This document shows, one piece after another, positions 49,387-61,048 of a stretch of 64,000 nucleotides of DNA (the first letter of the stretch is position 1; each line of letters starts with the position of its first letter). The notes under the pieces are model-generated. The model saw nothing but the letters and a program-made list of their open reading frames with translations, was not told the DNA's origin and made no database searches. The stretch spans positions 384,001 through 448,000 of the forward strand of contig CAWHHI010000016.1 in the NCBI GenBank assembly GCA_963829055.1, in the 5' to 3' direction. The position numbers and the translations under genes were made by a program. Source of the stretch: an uncultured Gemmatimonadaceae bacterium (lineage in GTDB: Bacteria; Gemmatimonadota; Gemmatimonadetes; Gemmatimonadales; Gemmatimonadaceae).

Positions 49387-51099
49387 CGCTTTCTTCCGTT
49401 CCGACTCCCGCCCAGGAGTCGGGTCGGCCCGAACCGCCGTTTTCGAGCACTCTCGTCGAGGAGATGCTCAAGAGTTCTCGTGAAGGCGGCCCGGGCCCAC
49501 CAGCTCTATCTGCACAACAATCCCACGTACCTGCGCGCGCTCGATATCGCCCGCGCGGCGTTCGCGCCCATCTGGGAAGTGACGGACGAGCTGGTGTTCG
49601 ACGTCACCGAGACGGAACTCCGGTGGCACGGCGAGGCGGTGCTGCGACGAGCCGGAGAAGGCGACCGACAACATCCCGTGGATGATGTACAAGGACGGGA
49701 TTCGCGAGCTGCGCCTGCTCAAGGAGTTCGAGCGCGACGAGCTCGTCCCGCTGCTCGACATCCTCCAGCGCGTCGCGCAAGGTCTCGCCGGAAGAGGACG
49801 ACCTGCTGACGATGCTCTGGGAGCAGGAGTTCTCGTATCTCCGCTATCGCTACATCGATCTCTCGACCGATCAGGCCGCGCCGATCGACAAGGCGGGGTT
49901 CCGCGGTGGCGAGGCCGGCGCGCAGGCGACTCCAGGAATCCGCGCCGCCGATCGACTCGACGGTCGTCGTCCGTCGTCAACCTCGAGGACTTCGACTCCA
50001 CGCTGTACTTCCTCGAGGAGAGCGAGGTCGAGTACCTCCGCGAAGAGGTGCGCAAGGAGTACGAGATCGACATGCGACGAAACGTCGTCGCGATGCTGCT
50101 CGACACGTACGAGACGCAGGGCGATCGCGGCGTGCGCGAGGAGATCGCCGGCGCTGCTCGACACGCTGATGCTGCACATTCTCTCGTCGGGCGAGTTCAA
50201 GACCGCGGCGTTCCTGCTCCGCGAGACCGCGCAGACGTGCCGAGCGCGCGCCGGGGATCACGCCGGAGCAGAAGGAGCAGCTGCTCCGCATTCGCGAATC
50301 GGCTCGAGCGAGCCCGAGGTGCTCGCGCAGCTCCTGCAGTCGCTCGACGAGGCGTCGCAGCTGCCCGACCAGGAGGACCTGAACGAGCTGTTCGACCAGT
50401 TGCGCGTCAGCGCGCTCGCGACGGTGTTCTCGTGGCTCACGAAGGCGCAGACGCCGCGGCTTCGCGTGCTGCTCGAGAACGCGGCGGCGCGCCTCGCCAT
50501 GGCGAACACCGCGGAGCTCGTGCGGCTCATCGGCTCGAGCGACCGCGACGTCGCGCGCGAGGCGATCCGCCGCGCCGGCGCCGTCACGCGCGACGGCCGC
50601 GGTCGCCGCGCTGGCGAAGCTGACGACCGATCCCGACGTGCAGATGCGCCTCGCCGGCGGTGCAGGCGTTAGGCGAGATCGCGTCGCCCGGCGCGCTGCA
50701 GTTTCTCGAGCGGACCATCGACGACGCGCATCGCGACGTCCGGGTCGCGACCGCGCGCGCGATCGCGGCGCGCGCGCATCGCCCGGCGCTGGCCGAAGAT
50801 CGAGGCCGCCATCAAGGGCAAGCTCGCCAGCGACGCCGACCTCACGGAGAAGATGGCGTTCTTCGAGGCATTCGGGACGCTCTGCGGCGACGGCGGCGTC
50901 AAGCTGCTCGACGGCATGCTCAACGCGCGCGGGCTGTTCGGCAAGAAGGAGGACCCGGAGCTGCGCGCCTGCGCCGCCATGGCGTTAGGCCGCAGTCGGC
51001 AGCGAAGCGGCCATCGCGACGCTGCGGCGCGCCGCCAACGAGAAGGAGGTGCTCGTCCGGAACGCCGTGAACCGCGCGCTGCGCGGAGGCACGGCATGA
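49383..51099 (+). CDS. HEAT-repeat protein (frameshifted)
   Basis: N-terminal ..RAHQLYLHNNP..YKDGIREL domain; C-terminal helical repeats (DVRVATARA, ELRACAAMALG, VRNAVNRAL). Confidence 0.75.
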
Positions 51100-52593
51100 C
51101 CGCGGTCCCGGACCGTACGCCGCTCGATCGCAGCACCGCGAACGCCTCGTCGAGCGACATCGGCTGGCGACCCGTACATCCGCCGCGATGGGCCGGTCGT
51201 TCATCATCGCGCTGCACGGCGCCACGCGCGCGATCCGCCTGTACCCGGTCGAGAACGAGGCGGTCAAGAAGGCGCTCGACGACCTGACCGCCGTCACGAC
51301 GGAGATCCTCACGCGCGAAGGCGAGTTCGAGCTGCGCGTCACGAGCGAGTTCATCTTCATCAACCAGACGCGACTCCGACTCGACCTCGACAACTACGCG
51401 AGCTTCACGCAGATCCTGTCGCTGTTCCGCGCGGCGGGCGTCGGCGTCGCGCGCGTGCATGCCCGGCGTCACGCCGCGCGATTGGCTCGTCTTCCTCTCG
51501 CTGCTGCAGGCGCCGTCGTCGGGCGAGGCGGAGGATCGCTTCGTCGACGTGATGGAGCGGCTCGCAGGCCGGCGGCGTGACGCTGATCGAGGTCGGCCCG
51601 CCGTCCGGCGTCGACGAGGACGGCGACTTCCGCGAGCGCGCGAAGGAAGCGGCGAAGCGCACGTACAGCCAGTCGGTCGCCGCCACGAAGGACGTCATCA
51701 ACTCGGTCCGCATGGGCCGAGGCGCGAACCTCAAGAAGATCAAGCGCGTGGTGCAGGGCATCGTCGACCAGATCCTCAACGAGGAGACGTCGCTGCTCGG
51801 CCTGACGACGATTCGCGACTACGACGAGTACACGTTCACGCACAGCGTGAACGTCTGCATCTTCTCCGTCGCGCTCGGCCGGCGACTCGGGCTTCGGCAA
51901 GCGCCAGCTGTACGATCTCGGGCTCGCGGCGCTGTTCCACGACATCGGCAAGTCGCGCGTGCCGCTCGAGGTGCTCAACAAGGTCGAGCAGCTGACCGAC
52001 AACGACTGGCGCTTCATCGCCGCGCATCCGTGGCTGGGGCTCCTCACGCTCTTCCAGCTGCGCGGGCAGCAGGAGCTGCCGTATCGCGCGATGACGGTCG
52101 CGTACGAGCACCACATGAAGTGCGATCTCACGGGCTATCCGAAGAACGTCCGGCCGCGCACGCTGAGCATCTTCAGCAAGATCGTCGCGGTCGCCGACGG
52201 CTTCGACGCCGCGACGTCGCGGCGCGTCGTACCAGACCGATGCCGCTGTCGCCGGCCGCGGTGCTCGCCGGAGATGCGCGACAACCCGCGGCGCGGCTTC
52301 GACTCCGTCGTCGTGAAGGCGTTCATCAACCTGCTCGGGATCTATCCGGTCGGCACGCTCGTGGTGCTCGATACGTTCGAGCTCGGCGATCGTGCACTCG
52401 GCGAATCCGAACCCCGAGGCCGTGTCGCGACCGATCGTGCGCATCGTCAGCGACGAGCACGGCAACGTCGCGTACCCGGGGCGCAACGTCGATCTGGCCG
52501 AGCAGAACGCGGACGGCGCGTATCGTCCGCACGATCATCAAGACCGAGAATCCCGACCGTTATGGCATCAACGTCGGCGACTACTTCGTCTGA
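51096..52593 (+). CDS. HD-GYP domain protein (frameshifted)
   Basis: [40 protein letters not shown]. Confidence 0.88.
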
Positions 52594-53374
52594 CGCGCTG
52601 ACCCAGCGCTTCGCGCGCGCTGCGCGAGCAGGGCGCCGCGCGCTCGTCTGCTACGTCACCGCCGGCCATCCCGACCCGGCGCGATCCGTCGCGCTCCTCC
52701 GCGGCATCGAGGCCGCCGGCGCGGACGTCATCGAGCTCGGCGTCCCGTTCTCCGATCCGATGGCCGACGGCCCGATCATCCAGGCGAGCTCGCAGCACGC
52801 GCTCGAGCACGGGCATGACGCTCGCGCGGCACGCTCGATCTGATCGCGCGAGCGCGCGCTCGCGCACGCCGGTCGTGCTGTTCACGCTATCTCAATCCGC
52901 TCCTCGCCGCCGGCACCGGACGTGCTGGATCGCGCGGCGGCCGCCGGGCGCGCACGGCGTGCTGGTCACCGATCTGCCGGTCGGCGCTGATCCCGTGCGC
53001 GAGGCAGTGGTTCGGCAACGGGCCGCTCGGCGTTCGTCCGCCTCGTCGCGCCGACGACGCCGCTCGCGCGCATGCGCGAGATCGCGGCGCACGGCAGCGG
53101 CTTCGTCTATCTCATCAGCCGGCGCGGCGTGACCGGGGCTCAGGACCGACGTGCCGGCGGAGCTGCCGGCGACGATCGCGCGCCTGCGCGCAGGCGACGA
53201 CGCTGCCGGTGTGCGTCGGCTTCGGCATCTCGACCGCCGAGCAGGCGCAGGCGGTCGGCCGCGCTCGCCGACGGCATCGTCGTCGGCAGCGCGATCGTGC
53301 AGGCGGCCGGCACGTCGGTGGACGCCGCGATCGATCTCGTGTCCACGCTCCGTCGCGCGCTGGACGAGATCTGA
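52562..53374 (+). CDS. trpA: tryptophan synthase alpha subunit (frameshifted)
   Basis: [50 protein letters not shown]; start approximate. Confidence 0.95.
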
Positions 53375-53430
53375 GCATGCGACGCGGCTCATCGACTCGT
53401 ACGCGTCCGACGCTCGCGACGGGCACTCGG

Positions 53431-55539
53431 ATGAATCGCTTCCTCTCGCTGTACGCGCGGCTCGTCGCGAGCCTCGGCACGGTGCTGCTGCTCGTGGCGC
53501 TCGTCGTCGACCCGCGGTGGATCGCGCGGCCGCTCGCGGTCGCGGCGATGATCGGCGTCGTCGCTCCTGCTGCGCACGTTCCAGATCCCGCTCACCAAGT
53601 ACTCGGCGCTCAACCTCCTCGGCATGGTGGCCGCGGGCGGTGCGGTCATCATCGGCGCGCCCGCGACCGCGTTAGGCCTGTACCTCGGCGTCTTCGTCGC
53701 CGACTGGTGGCTGCTGCGGAAAGCACCGCGCGGCGAGCGCGATCAACGCGGGCCGCGAGGCGCTCGCGCTGTTCGCGGCGTTCGGGTTCTACGCCTGGTT
53801 CGTCGGCGCTGAACGGCGGCGACGGACGTCGGCCGCATCACGACGGACATCGGTCCCTGCCGTCGCGCTGCTGCTCGCCGCGCACTTCCTGTTCAGCCGC
53901 GGGCTGCTCTACTGCACGCTGCTCATTCGCGACAAGCTGTTCGCCGACGAGCGGTCACTGATCCTGCGCTACGAGGTCATTGCGTTCGGCGCCGGCACGA
54001 TCGCGGTGCTCGTCGTCGCTCGTCACGATCGCCAGCGTCGGCTGGACCGGCTGGGTGGTCGTCGCGTTCGTGCTCGTCTTCGCCGGGCTGCTGCTCAAGC
54101 GCATCCTCGAGGAGGCCGTCGCGGCCGAGGAGCTGAACAAGATCCACGCGATGGAGCAGGTCGTGTCGTCGGACGCGAACCTCGCCGAGTCGCTGCACGC
54201 AGATCGAGCGCCTCGCGAACCGACTCGTCGACTGGAACGGCTTCCGCATCTGGCGACTGAGCAACGGGTCGCTTCGGCTCATCTACCAGGCGGGTGAAGG
54301 GCTGCTCGCCGAGCCGCGAGAGAACGGCGTGTTCGGCGGCCGGCTCCGCGACACGGCGATGAGCACCGGCGAGTCCACTCGTGATCGTCCGACGCCGCGC
54401 GCGACGCACGCGCCGAGGGCATCGGATCCGTCCGCCGTGAGTCTGGCGGTCGTTCCGCTGCGGTTCGGCGATCGCGCGATCGGGCTCGTCGAGCTCGATC
54501 ATCACAAGCGCGGCACGTACGGCGCCAAGGAGATCACGCTCGTCGCGCGCTTCGCGAACCAGCTCGCGACGGCGCTGCACATTCAGGATCTGCGACAGCC
54601 ACTGCTCGCGGCGCTCACTCGCGTCGAGACGCAGCTCGACACGCTCAACGACTCCGCGCGCGCACTGCGCGGCGGTGCCGAAGTCGTCGCCCGGAACACC
54701 GCGGAGATCACGCGCGGCATCGGCGAGGAGAGCGAGCAGGCGGACCGGAGCCTCGACGTCGCGCGCTCGTTCCACGACAAGACGTCCACGATCGTGCGCG
54801 ACGGCGGCGACGCGGCCAGCGCGAGCGAGCGCGCCACGCGCATCGCGACCGAGCATCGCGACACGATCGGCATGGCCATCGAGCGTCTCGTGAACGCGAA
54901 GCGGTTCGTCGGCGAGAGCGCGACGCAGATCGGCGGTCTCTCCAAGAGCACGCGGCGCATCACGGACTTCATCGCCGTGATCAAGGAGCTGGCCGACCAG
55001 ACCAACCTGCTCGCGCTGAACGCGGCGATCGAGGCTGCACGTGCTGGCGAGCAGGGGCAGGGCTTCGCCGTCGTGGCCAACGAGGTCCGAAAGCTCGCGG
55101 AGCAGAGCGCGCGCGCGTCGGAGGACGCCGGCGACATCGTGACCGGGTTCGAGGATCAGATGCGACAGGTCGCGTCGCAGGTCGGTCGCGGCCAGACGAT
55201 GATGAGCGACGTCGAGTCGCTCTCGGAATCGGCGCGCACCGCGCTCGACGAGATCGTCGAAGCGACCGCGCGCGCAGTCTGACGTGGGGCCAGCGCATCG
55301 CGGACACGTCGCGCGTGCAGGAGTCGGAGGTCGGGCGTCTCAGCGAGCGCGTCGCGCGCATCGCGGAGATCTCGCGCCGCAATCGTGAAGGGGCGGAGAA
55401 CGTCACGCGATCGGCGGCCGATCAGGCGCGAGCGCTCCGCGAGCTCGAAGGCGCTGCGCACGAGCTCCGCGAGGTCGCGGCGTCCCTGAGCGATCTTACG
55501 CGCCGAATCGCGCGCGTCGCGTCGCATTCGGCGAACTGA
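53431..55539 (+). CDS. methyl-accepting chemotaxis-type protein: multi-TM, GAF, MA domain (frameshifted)
   Basis: Hairpin tip [40 protein letters not shown] ([21 protein letters not shown]); several N-terminal TMs. Confidence 0.88.
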
Positions 55540-55565
55540 TCCGCGGCTCGACGCGTCCGGATGAA

Positions 55566-55595
55566 TTGACACCGCTCGGCGGCGCTTTCTACGTT
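55566..55595 (+). promoter_or_regulatory. folK-panBC promoter (leaderless geometry)
   Basis: TTGACA-N18-TACGTT, 7 nt before GTG. Confidence 0.65.
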
Positions 55596-55602
55596 CCGCG
55601 CC

Positions 55603-56034
55603 GTGAGCGAGATCGCGTACATCGCGCTCGGATCGAACCTGGGCGATCGTCACGCGTATCTGGCGCGCGCGCGAGACGCCATCGCCGCCATTCCGGAGTG
55701 TCGCGTGATCGCTGCGTCCGCAGGTCGAGGAGACGGCGCCACTCGGCGGCCTCACGCAACCGCGCCTATCTCGAATCAGATGCTCGCCGTCGAAACGACG
55801 CTCGAACCCGCCACCCTGCTCGCGCGGCTGCAGCGATCGAGGCCGATGCGGGCCGCGATCGCTCGGACCGCTGGGACGTCGCGAACTCTCGATCTGGACA
55901 TCGTGCTCTTCGACGATCGCGTCGTGAGCACCGCGGACCTGATCGTTCCACATCCCGGCCTCGCGCATCGCGCGTTCTGGCAGCGCGAGCTCGCCGAGCT
56001 GCGAGCAGGCGATGGGATCGGCGACGCGCAATGA
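55603..56034 (+). CDS. folK: 2-amino-4-hydroxy-6-hydroxymethyldihydropteridine diphosphokinase
   Basis: AYIALGSNLGD, RTLDLDIVLF, PHP. Confidence 0.93.
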   Translation: MSEIAYIALGSNLGDRHAYLARARDAIAAIPECRVIAASAGRGDGATRRPHATAPISNQMLAVETTLEPATLLARLQRSRPMRAAIARTAGTSRTLDLDIVLFDDRVVSTADLIVPHPGLAHRAFWQRELAELRAGDGIGDAQ

Positions 56035-56855
56035 GTAGCGGAGGCGCGCGACGGTCCGCGCATCACGGTGCGCGAGGTGCTGGCGAAGAAGCAGCGCGGC
56101 GAGCGACTCGTTATGGTCGTCGGCGTACGACGCGCTGTTCGCGCGACTCTCCGAGGAGGGAGGCGCCGATCTCATTCTCGTCGGCGACTCGACTGGCCAA
56201 CGTCATTCTCGGGCTCGATTCGACGGTGCCGGTCACGCTGGAGCAGATGATCCACCACGGCGCGGCCGTGCGCCGCGGCGCGACGCGCGCGCTGGTCGTC
56301 GTCGACATGCCGTTCATGAGCTATCAGGTCAGCACCGAGGACGCGCTGCGCAACGCCGGCCGGATCATGAAGGAAACGAACGCGCACGCGGTGAAGGTCG
56401 AAGGTGGAGAGACGACGATCGCGGCGACGGTTCACGCGATGACGCGGGCGGGAATCCCTGTGATGGGACACATTGGCTTCACGCCGCAGTCGGTGAACAC
56501 ACTCGGCGGGTTTCGCGTGCAGGGCCGTGGCCCAGGAGACCAGGAGCGGCTGGTCGAGGAAGCGCGTCACGATCGAAGCCGCGGGCGCGTTCTCTGTCGT
56601 GCTGGAGCTCGTGCCCACGGCGGTCGCGAAGGCGGTCACGGCGGCCGTCCAGATTCCGACGATCGGGATCGGCGCCGGTGTCGAGTGCGATGGCCAGGTG
56701 CTCGTGCTCCACGACTGCTCGGTCTCAACGATCGATTCCGGCCGAAGTTTCTGCGACGGTATGCGGAGCTTCGCGGCGACGTGCGCTCCGCGGTGACGCG
56801 ATTCGCGGACGACGTCCGCGCCGGTCGCTATCCGGACTCCGAGCACAGCTTCTGA
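56031..56855 (+). CDS. panB: 3-methyl-2-oxobutanoate hydroxymethyltransferase (frameshifted)
   Basis: [39 protein letters not shown]. Confidence 0.95.
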   Translation: MSSGGARRSAHHGARGAGEEAARRATRYGRRRTTRCSRDSPRREAPISFSSATRLANVILGLDSTVPVTLEQMIHHGAAVRRGATRALVVVDMPFMSYQVSTEDALRNAGRIMKETNAHAVKVEGGETTIAATVHAMTRAGIPVMGHIGFTPQSVNTLGGFRVQGRGPGDQERLVEEARHDRSRGRVLCRAGARAHGGREGGHGGRPDSDDRDRRRCRVRWPGARAPRLLGLNDRFRPKFLRRYAELRGDVRSAVTRFADDVRAGRYPDSEHSF

Positions 56856-56858
56856 CTC

Positions 56859-57713
56859 GTGGAGCAGATCGAGCACTATCGCCAGGCGTCCGCGCGGCGG
56901 TCGCGGCGGCGCGCGCGCGCGGCGAGCGCATCGGATTCGTGCCGACAATGGGGTTTCTGCACGAGGGCCATCTGCGACTCGTCGACGAAGCGAAACGGCG
57001 CGCGGGTTGCGTGGTGATGAGCCTCTTCGTCAACCCGACGCAGTTCGGCCCGAACGAGGACTTCTCGCGCTACCCTCGGGACCTGAGCGGCGACATGGCG
57101 AAGGCCGAAGGTCGAGGCGTCGACCTGTTGTTCGTGCCGGACGTCGCCGAGATGTATCCGACGCCGCCCGCACTCCACGTGATGGCCGATGACTTGCCGA
57201 CGCGATGGGAAGGCGAGGTTCGGCCCGGCCACTTCGGCGGCGTGCTGACGGTCGTGGCAAAGCTGTTCAACATCGTCGCGCCGGACGTCGCGATATTCGG
57301 ACGAAAGGATTTCCAGCAGGCGACTCTCATTCGGCGCATGGTGCGCGAGCTGAACTTCCCGATCGAGTCGTCGTCGCGCCGACGGTGCGCGAGCACGACG
57401 GCCTCGCGCTGTCGAGCCGCAACACCTATCTCGACGCATCGGCGCGCGCGAGCGCGTCTGGCGCTGGTCGAGAGCCTACGCGCGGCGCGAGCGCGCGTTC
57501 GCGGCCGGCGAGCGCGACGGTGAGCGGCTGACCGCGATCGGCCGCGAGTCGCTCGCCACGCATCCCGAGGTCGGCGTCGATTACTTCGCGGTCGTCGATC
57601 CGACCGAGATGCAACCAGTCGAGAAAGCGACGAGCGACAGCGTCGCCATCGTCGCGGCGCGCGTCGGTCCGACGCGTCTCATCGACAACATGATCCTCGG
57701 CGAAGGGACATGA
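56859..57713 (+). CDS. panC: pantoate--beta-alanine ligase (frameshifted)
   Basis: [45 protein letters not shown]. Confidence 0.95.
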
Positions 57714-58284
57714 GTGGCGATCATGTCGCCGCCGACGGTCACGGCCTCGGAGCATCGGGCTGCCGGCATGGGCGCAGGTCACGGAGAAGCGGCGCGCGCA
57801 CATTGCGCGCGTCACCGCCTGCTGGATCAGTGGGCCGGCATCGCTCGGCCTTGCCGCCGGACGAGCGGCAGGCGTGGCACGACGTCGGCGTGCTTCACGA
57901 CGCGCTTCGCGACGCCGCGGAGGAGGAGCTCCGGCGTCTGACGGGTGACACGCGATCGCCCAATGCACATCCTGCACGGGCCCGCTGTGGCCGAGCGCCT
58001 CGACGCGGGAAGGGGAGGCGCGGCCGGACGTGCTCGAGGCGATCCGCTGGCACACGTTAGGCAGCGCACACTGGGCGCGCACCGGGAAGGCGCTCTACAT
58101 GGCCGACTTTCTCGAGCCCGGCCGTCCGTTCTCGCGCGCTGACCGCGCGTTTCTCGCCGCGCACGTGACGACCGACTTCGACGGCGTGTTCCGGCAGGTG
58201 GTGCGGACGCGCATCGAATGGACGGTGCGGGAAGGGAAGATGCTGTTTCCCGAAACCGCCGATCTCTGGAACACCGTCCGATGA
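57710..58284 (+). CDS. YqeK-like HD-domain hydrolase (frameshifted)
   Basis: HIARV, VLHDA, LHGPA, AIRWHTLG, LYMADFLEPGR. Confidence 0.78.
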
Positions 58285-58728
58285 AGCCACGCGCTCGATG
58301 GTTGATCGCCGCGCATCATCGTGCTCGCGGCCGGTGGTGGCGTCGCCGCCGTTGCCTGGCGTCGCCCGCTCCCGGTTCGTTCGACACGCGCTCGGTCGTC
58401 TCGTCACTCCAAGGCGCACGGCGCCGCGCGAACACGCGCGTGCGCGTCGAGATCATCAACGCGACGCGGACACGCGGCCTCGCTCGTCGCGCGACCCGTT
58501 TGCTGCGGGACCGCGGGTTCGACGTGGTGACGTTCGGGAACAGCGACACGACGCAGGACTCGACGGTCGTGCTCGACCGCACGAATCACGCGGAGTGGGC
58601 GCAGGCTGGTCGGCAAGGCGTTAGGCGGGGCGCGCGTCGAGGCGCGCCCGGACACGTCACGCTACGTGGACGTCACCGTGGTGCTCGGCGCCGCGTGGCG
58701 GCCGCCGCCGCAGCCGTTCAGCCCGTAG
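58281..58728 (+). CDS. LytR C-terminal domain protein (frameshifted)
   Basis: N-terminal TM, VRVEIINAT..GLA..LRDRGFDVV..GN, DVTVVLG. Confidence 0.82.
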
Positions 58729-59737
58729 CTGGCCGCAGGCCGCGGCGATGTCCATCCCGCGGCTCTTTCGCACCGCGACCTCGACGCCCTCGCGCCGGAG
58801 CCACGCCGCGAATCGGCGAATGTCCTCGGCGGTCGTCGGCGTGAAGTTGCCCGCGCCGCCCGGGTGAAGCGGAATCAGGTTCACGAACGCCCGGCACTGC
58901 CGCGCCAGCTCCGCGAGCTCGCTGCGCGTGTTCGAGGCCGTCGTTCACGCCGCCGAGCATGACGTACTCGAACGTCACCCGCCGGTCGAACTCCTCGGCG
59001 GCCGCGATGACGTCCGCGAGCGGGTACTTCGTGTTGATCGGCATGAGCGTGTGCCGCAGCGCGTCGTTCGGCGCGTGAATCGAGATCGCGAGCCGGAACT
59101 GCTCCGGACGCGCCGCGAGCGCGACGATGCCCGGCAGCACGCCGACGGTCGAGACCGTGATGTGCCGCGCGCCGATGCCGAAGCCGTGCGCGTCGTTGAG
59201 AATCGTGAGGACGCTGTCGACGCGCCGTCCAGTTCAGCAGCGGCTCGCCCATGCCCATGAAAACGATGTTCGTCGCGTGAAGCGGCGGGTCGAGCAGCGC
59301 GAGCTCGCGCACCTGGCCCGCGATCTCGTACGGCTCGAGGTTGCGCGCGAACCCCATCAGGCCCGTCGCGCAGAACGCGCACCGGAGCGCGCAGCCTGCC
59401 TGCGACGACACGCAGAACGTCAGTCGATCGCCCTTCGGGAATCGCCACGGTCTCGATGTGCTGTCCGTCGTGCAGGCGGAACAGGAACTTCTCGGTGCCG
59501 TCCGCCGACGTCTGTCGCGACGCGATCTCGAGACGCGGGATGTCGAACTGTTCGGCGAGTGCGCTACGAAACGACTTCGGTAGCTCGGTCATCTCCGTCG
59601 AAGCTCGCGACCGGCGAATGCCACAGGTGCCGAACGACCTGGCCGCCGCGGAACGCGCGCTCACCACGAGCAACCGCGAAGTCGCGCACGGCCGACAACG
59701 CGGCTGCTGGATCGAGGTTCAGGAGATTGATAGTCAC
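58718..59737 (-). CDS. rlmN: 23S rRNA m2A2503 methyltransferase, radical SAM (frameshifted)
   Basis: [44 protein letters not shown]. Confidence 0.95.
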
Positions 59738-60637
59738 CGAAATACGCCACTCAGCACGAACTGATACGTCGGGTCGAACCCGCCAGCGCTGTCTTCTCGA
59801 GACAACCCAACGGTGTAGCGCGCATAGCGCAGGCCGAGGGCGAGGCGCAACGTGGTGTCGGTGTTGCCGTACGCGTCGGTGCGCGCGATACCGGCGCGAC
59901 CGATCCACCGTGAGTATCGCCCTGATGATGAAAACGTAATGGCCGGCGGCGGCCCCGTCGCCGAACGTGTACGAGTAGCCGACCCGCGCCTGGTGCGTCG
60001 AGTCCGCCCCGATGACCCTGGCATCGAACGCCGTGTGGAGCGACGCGTCGTCGCCCTCTCCGGCGCCCGGGCCCCAGAGGAAGCTCGACACACCGACGCG
60101 CGCATCATAGCCGAACAGGTGTTCCGCGATCACGCCACCGTCGAGCCCGAACGCTGACCCTCTCGTACGGCCGATTTCGCCCGTGCGATAGCGAACGGCA
60201 ATGCCGGACGTGATGTGCTTCAGCGAACGCCGAGCACCCGAGAGCGATAGCACGAGCGTGTTGTATGGGATTTCGCGGCCGATCGGCGCTGGGTCATTCA
60301 GCGGTCGGAGCGATGCCATTGATGGACGGCATGAACGGCTGAGAAGCCGACGGTAATGTCGTCCGGAACCGAAACGGCGATGGCGATCGAGCTGCGCGCC
60401 GACACCGCGATCCGTGCCCGTGTTCAGCGCGACGGCGGTTCCGCGAATCCGGGTACGCTCGGAAGCCGAGATGGCCGCAGGGTTCTGGAAGCCATCACCG
60501 GTATCGAGCGCGAGCGACGGCGCTTCAGCCAGCGTACCGATCGGGTAGTACAGGAGATCGCGGCCGGGAACGCGTTGCGCTTCGCTCGGGGCCGCCAGGA
60601 CGAAGGCCGCGACAGCGGCGAAGTTCAAGCAACGCAT
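59734..60637 (-). CDS. exported protein, probable outer-membrane beta-barrel (frameshifted)
   Basis: Signal peptide (..AAPSEA), NPAA motif, alternating beta strands, C-terminal [10 protein letters not shown]. Confidence 0.6.
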
Positions 60638-60644
60638 TGACTTG

Positions 60645-60673
60645 AGCATACCAGTGCGGACTCTGCCGGTCAA
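60645..60673 (-). promoter_or_regulatory. promoter for the barrel gene and rlmN (leaderless geometry)
   Basis: TTGACC-N17-TATGCT, 7 nt before ATG 60637. Confidence 0.65.
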
Positions 60674-60722
60674 GACGGCTCCTACCGACTGCGGCCGTGC
60701 CGCGTGTACATTTTGCGACGCG

Positions 60723-61048
60723 TATGCCACTACCACGCTGTCGCTTACGTTCGACTCGCCGCACCGCCAACCGGTGCGCGCCAAGGAGCACGCCTCGCGT
60801 CACGCCGCCCGGAAGCGCGGGCGACTGTCCGATTGCGCAGGCTCCTTCAGCGCTGGTGCCCGGCGCTAGACCGGGTCACGCTCATTCCCATCGACATCTC
60901 CGCACGCGCCATCGCCACGCCCGCGTCGCTTCGTTCGGTAAGCGCGCAGTGGTACGCGCTCGGCTCGTCGCGTAGCTCCGCGGTTGACGGAGCATCCGTC
61001 GCTCTCGCATTTCAAACGGCGCCCTGTCGCCGGGAGCCCGCTTCGTGA
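60723..61048 (+). CDS. possible small hypothetical protein
   Basis: Fills the gap before aspS and its stop overlaps the aspS GTG; frame uncertain, no motif. Confidence 0.3.

Noticed and set aside
59564..60784. Apparent barrel-RlmN fusion ORF
   Set aside because: Frames are joined by indels; a separate stop/start overlap exists at 59734-59737.
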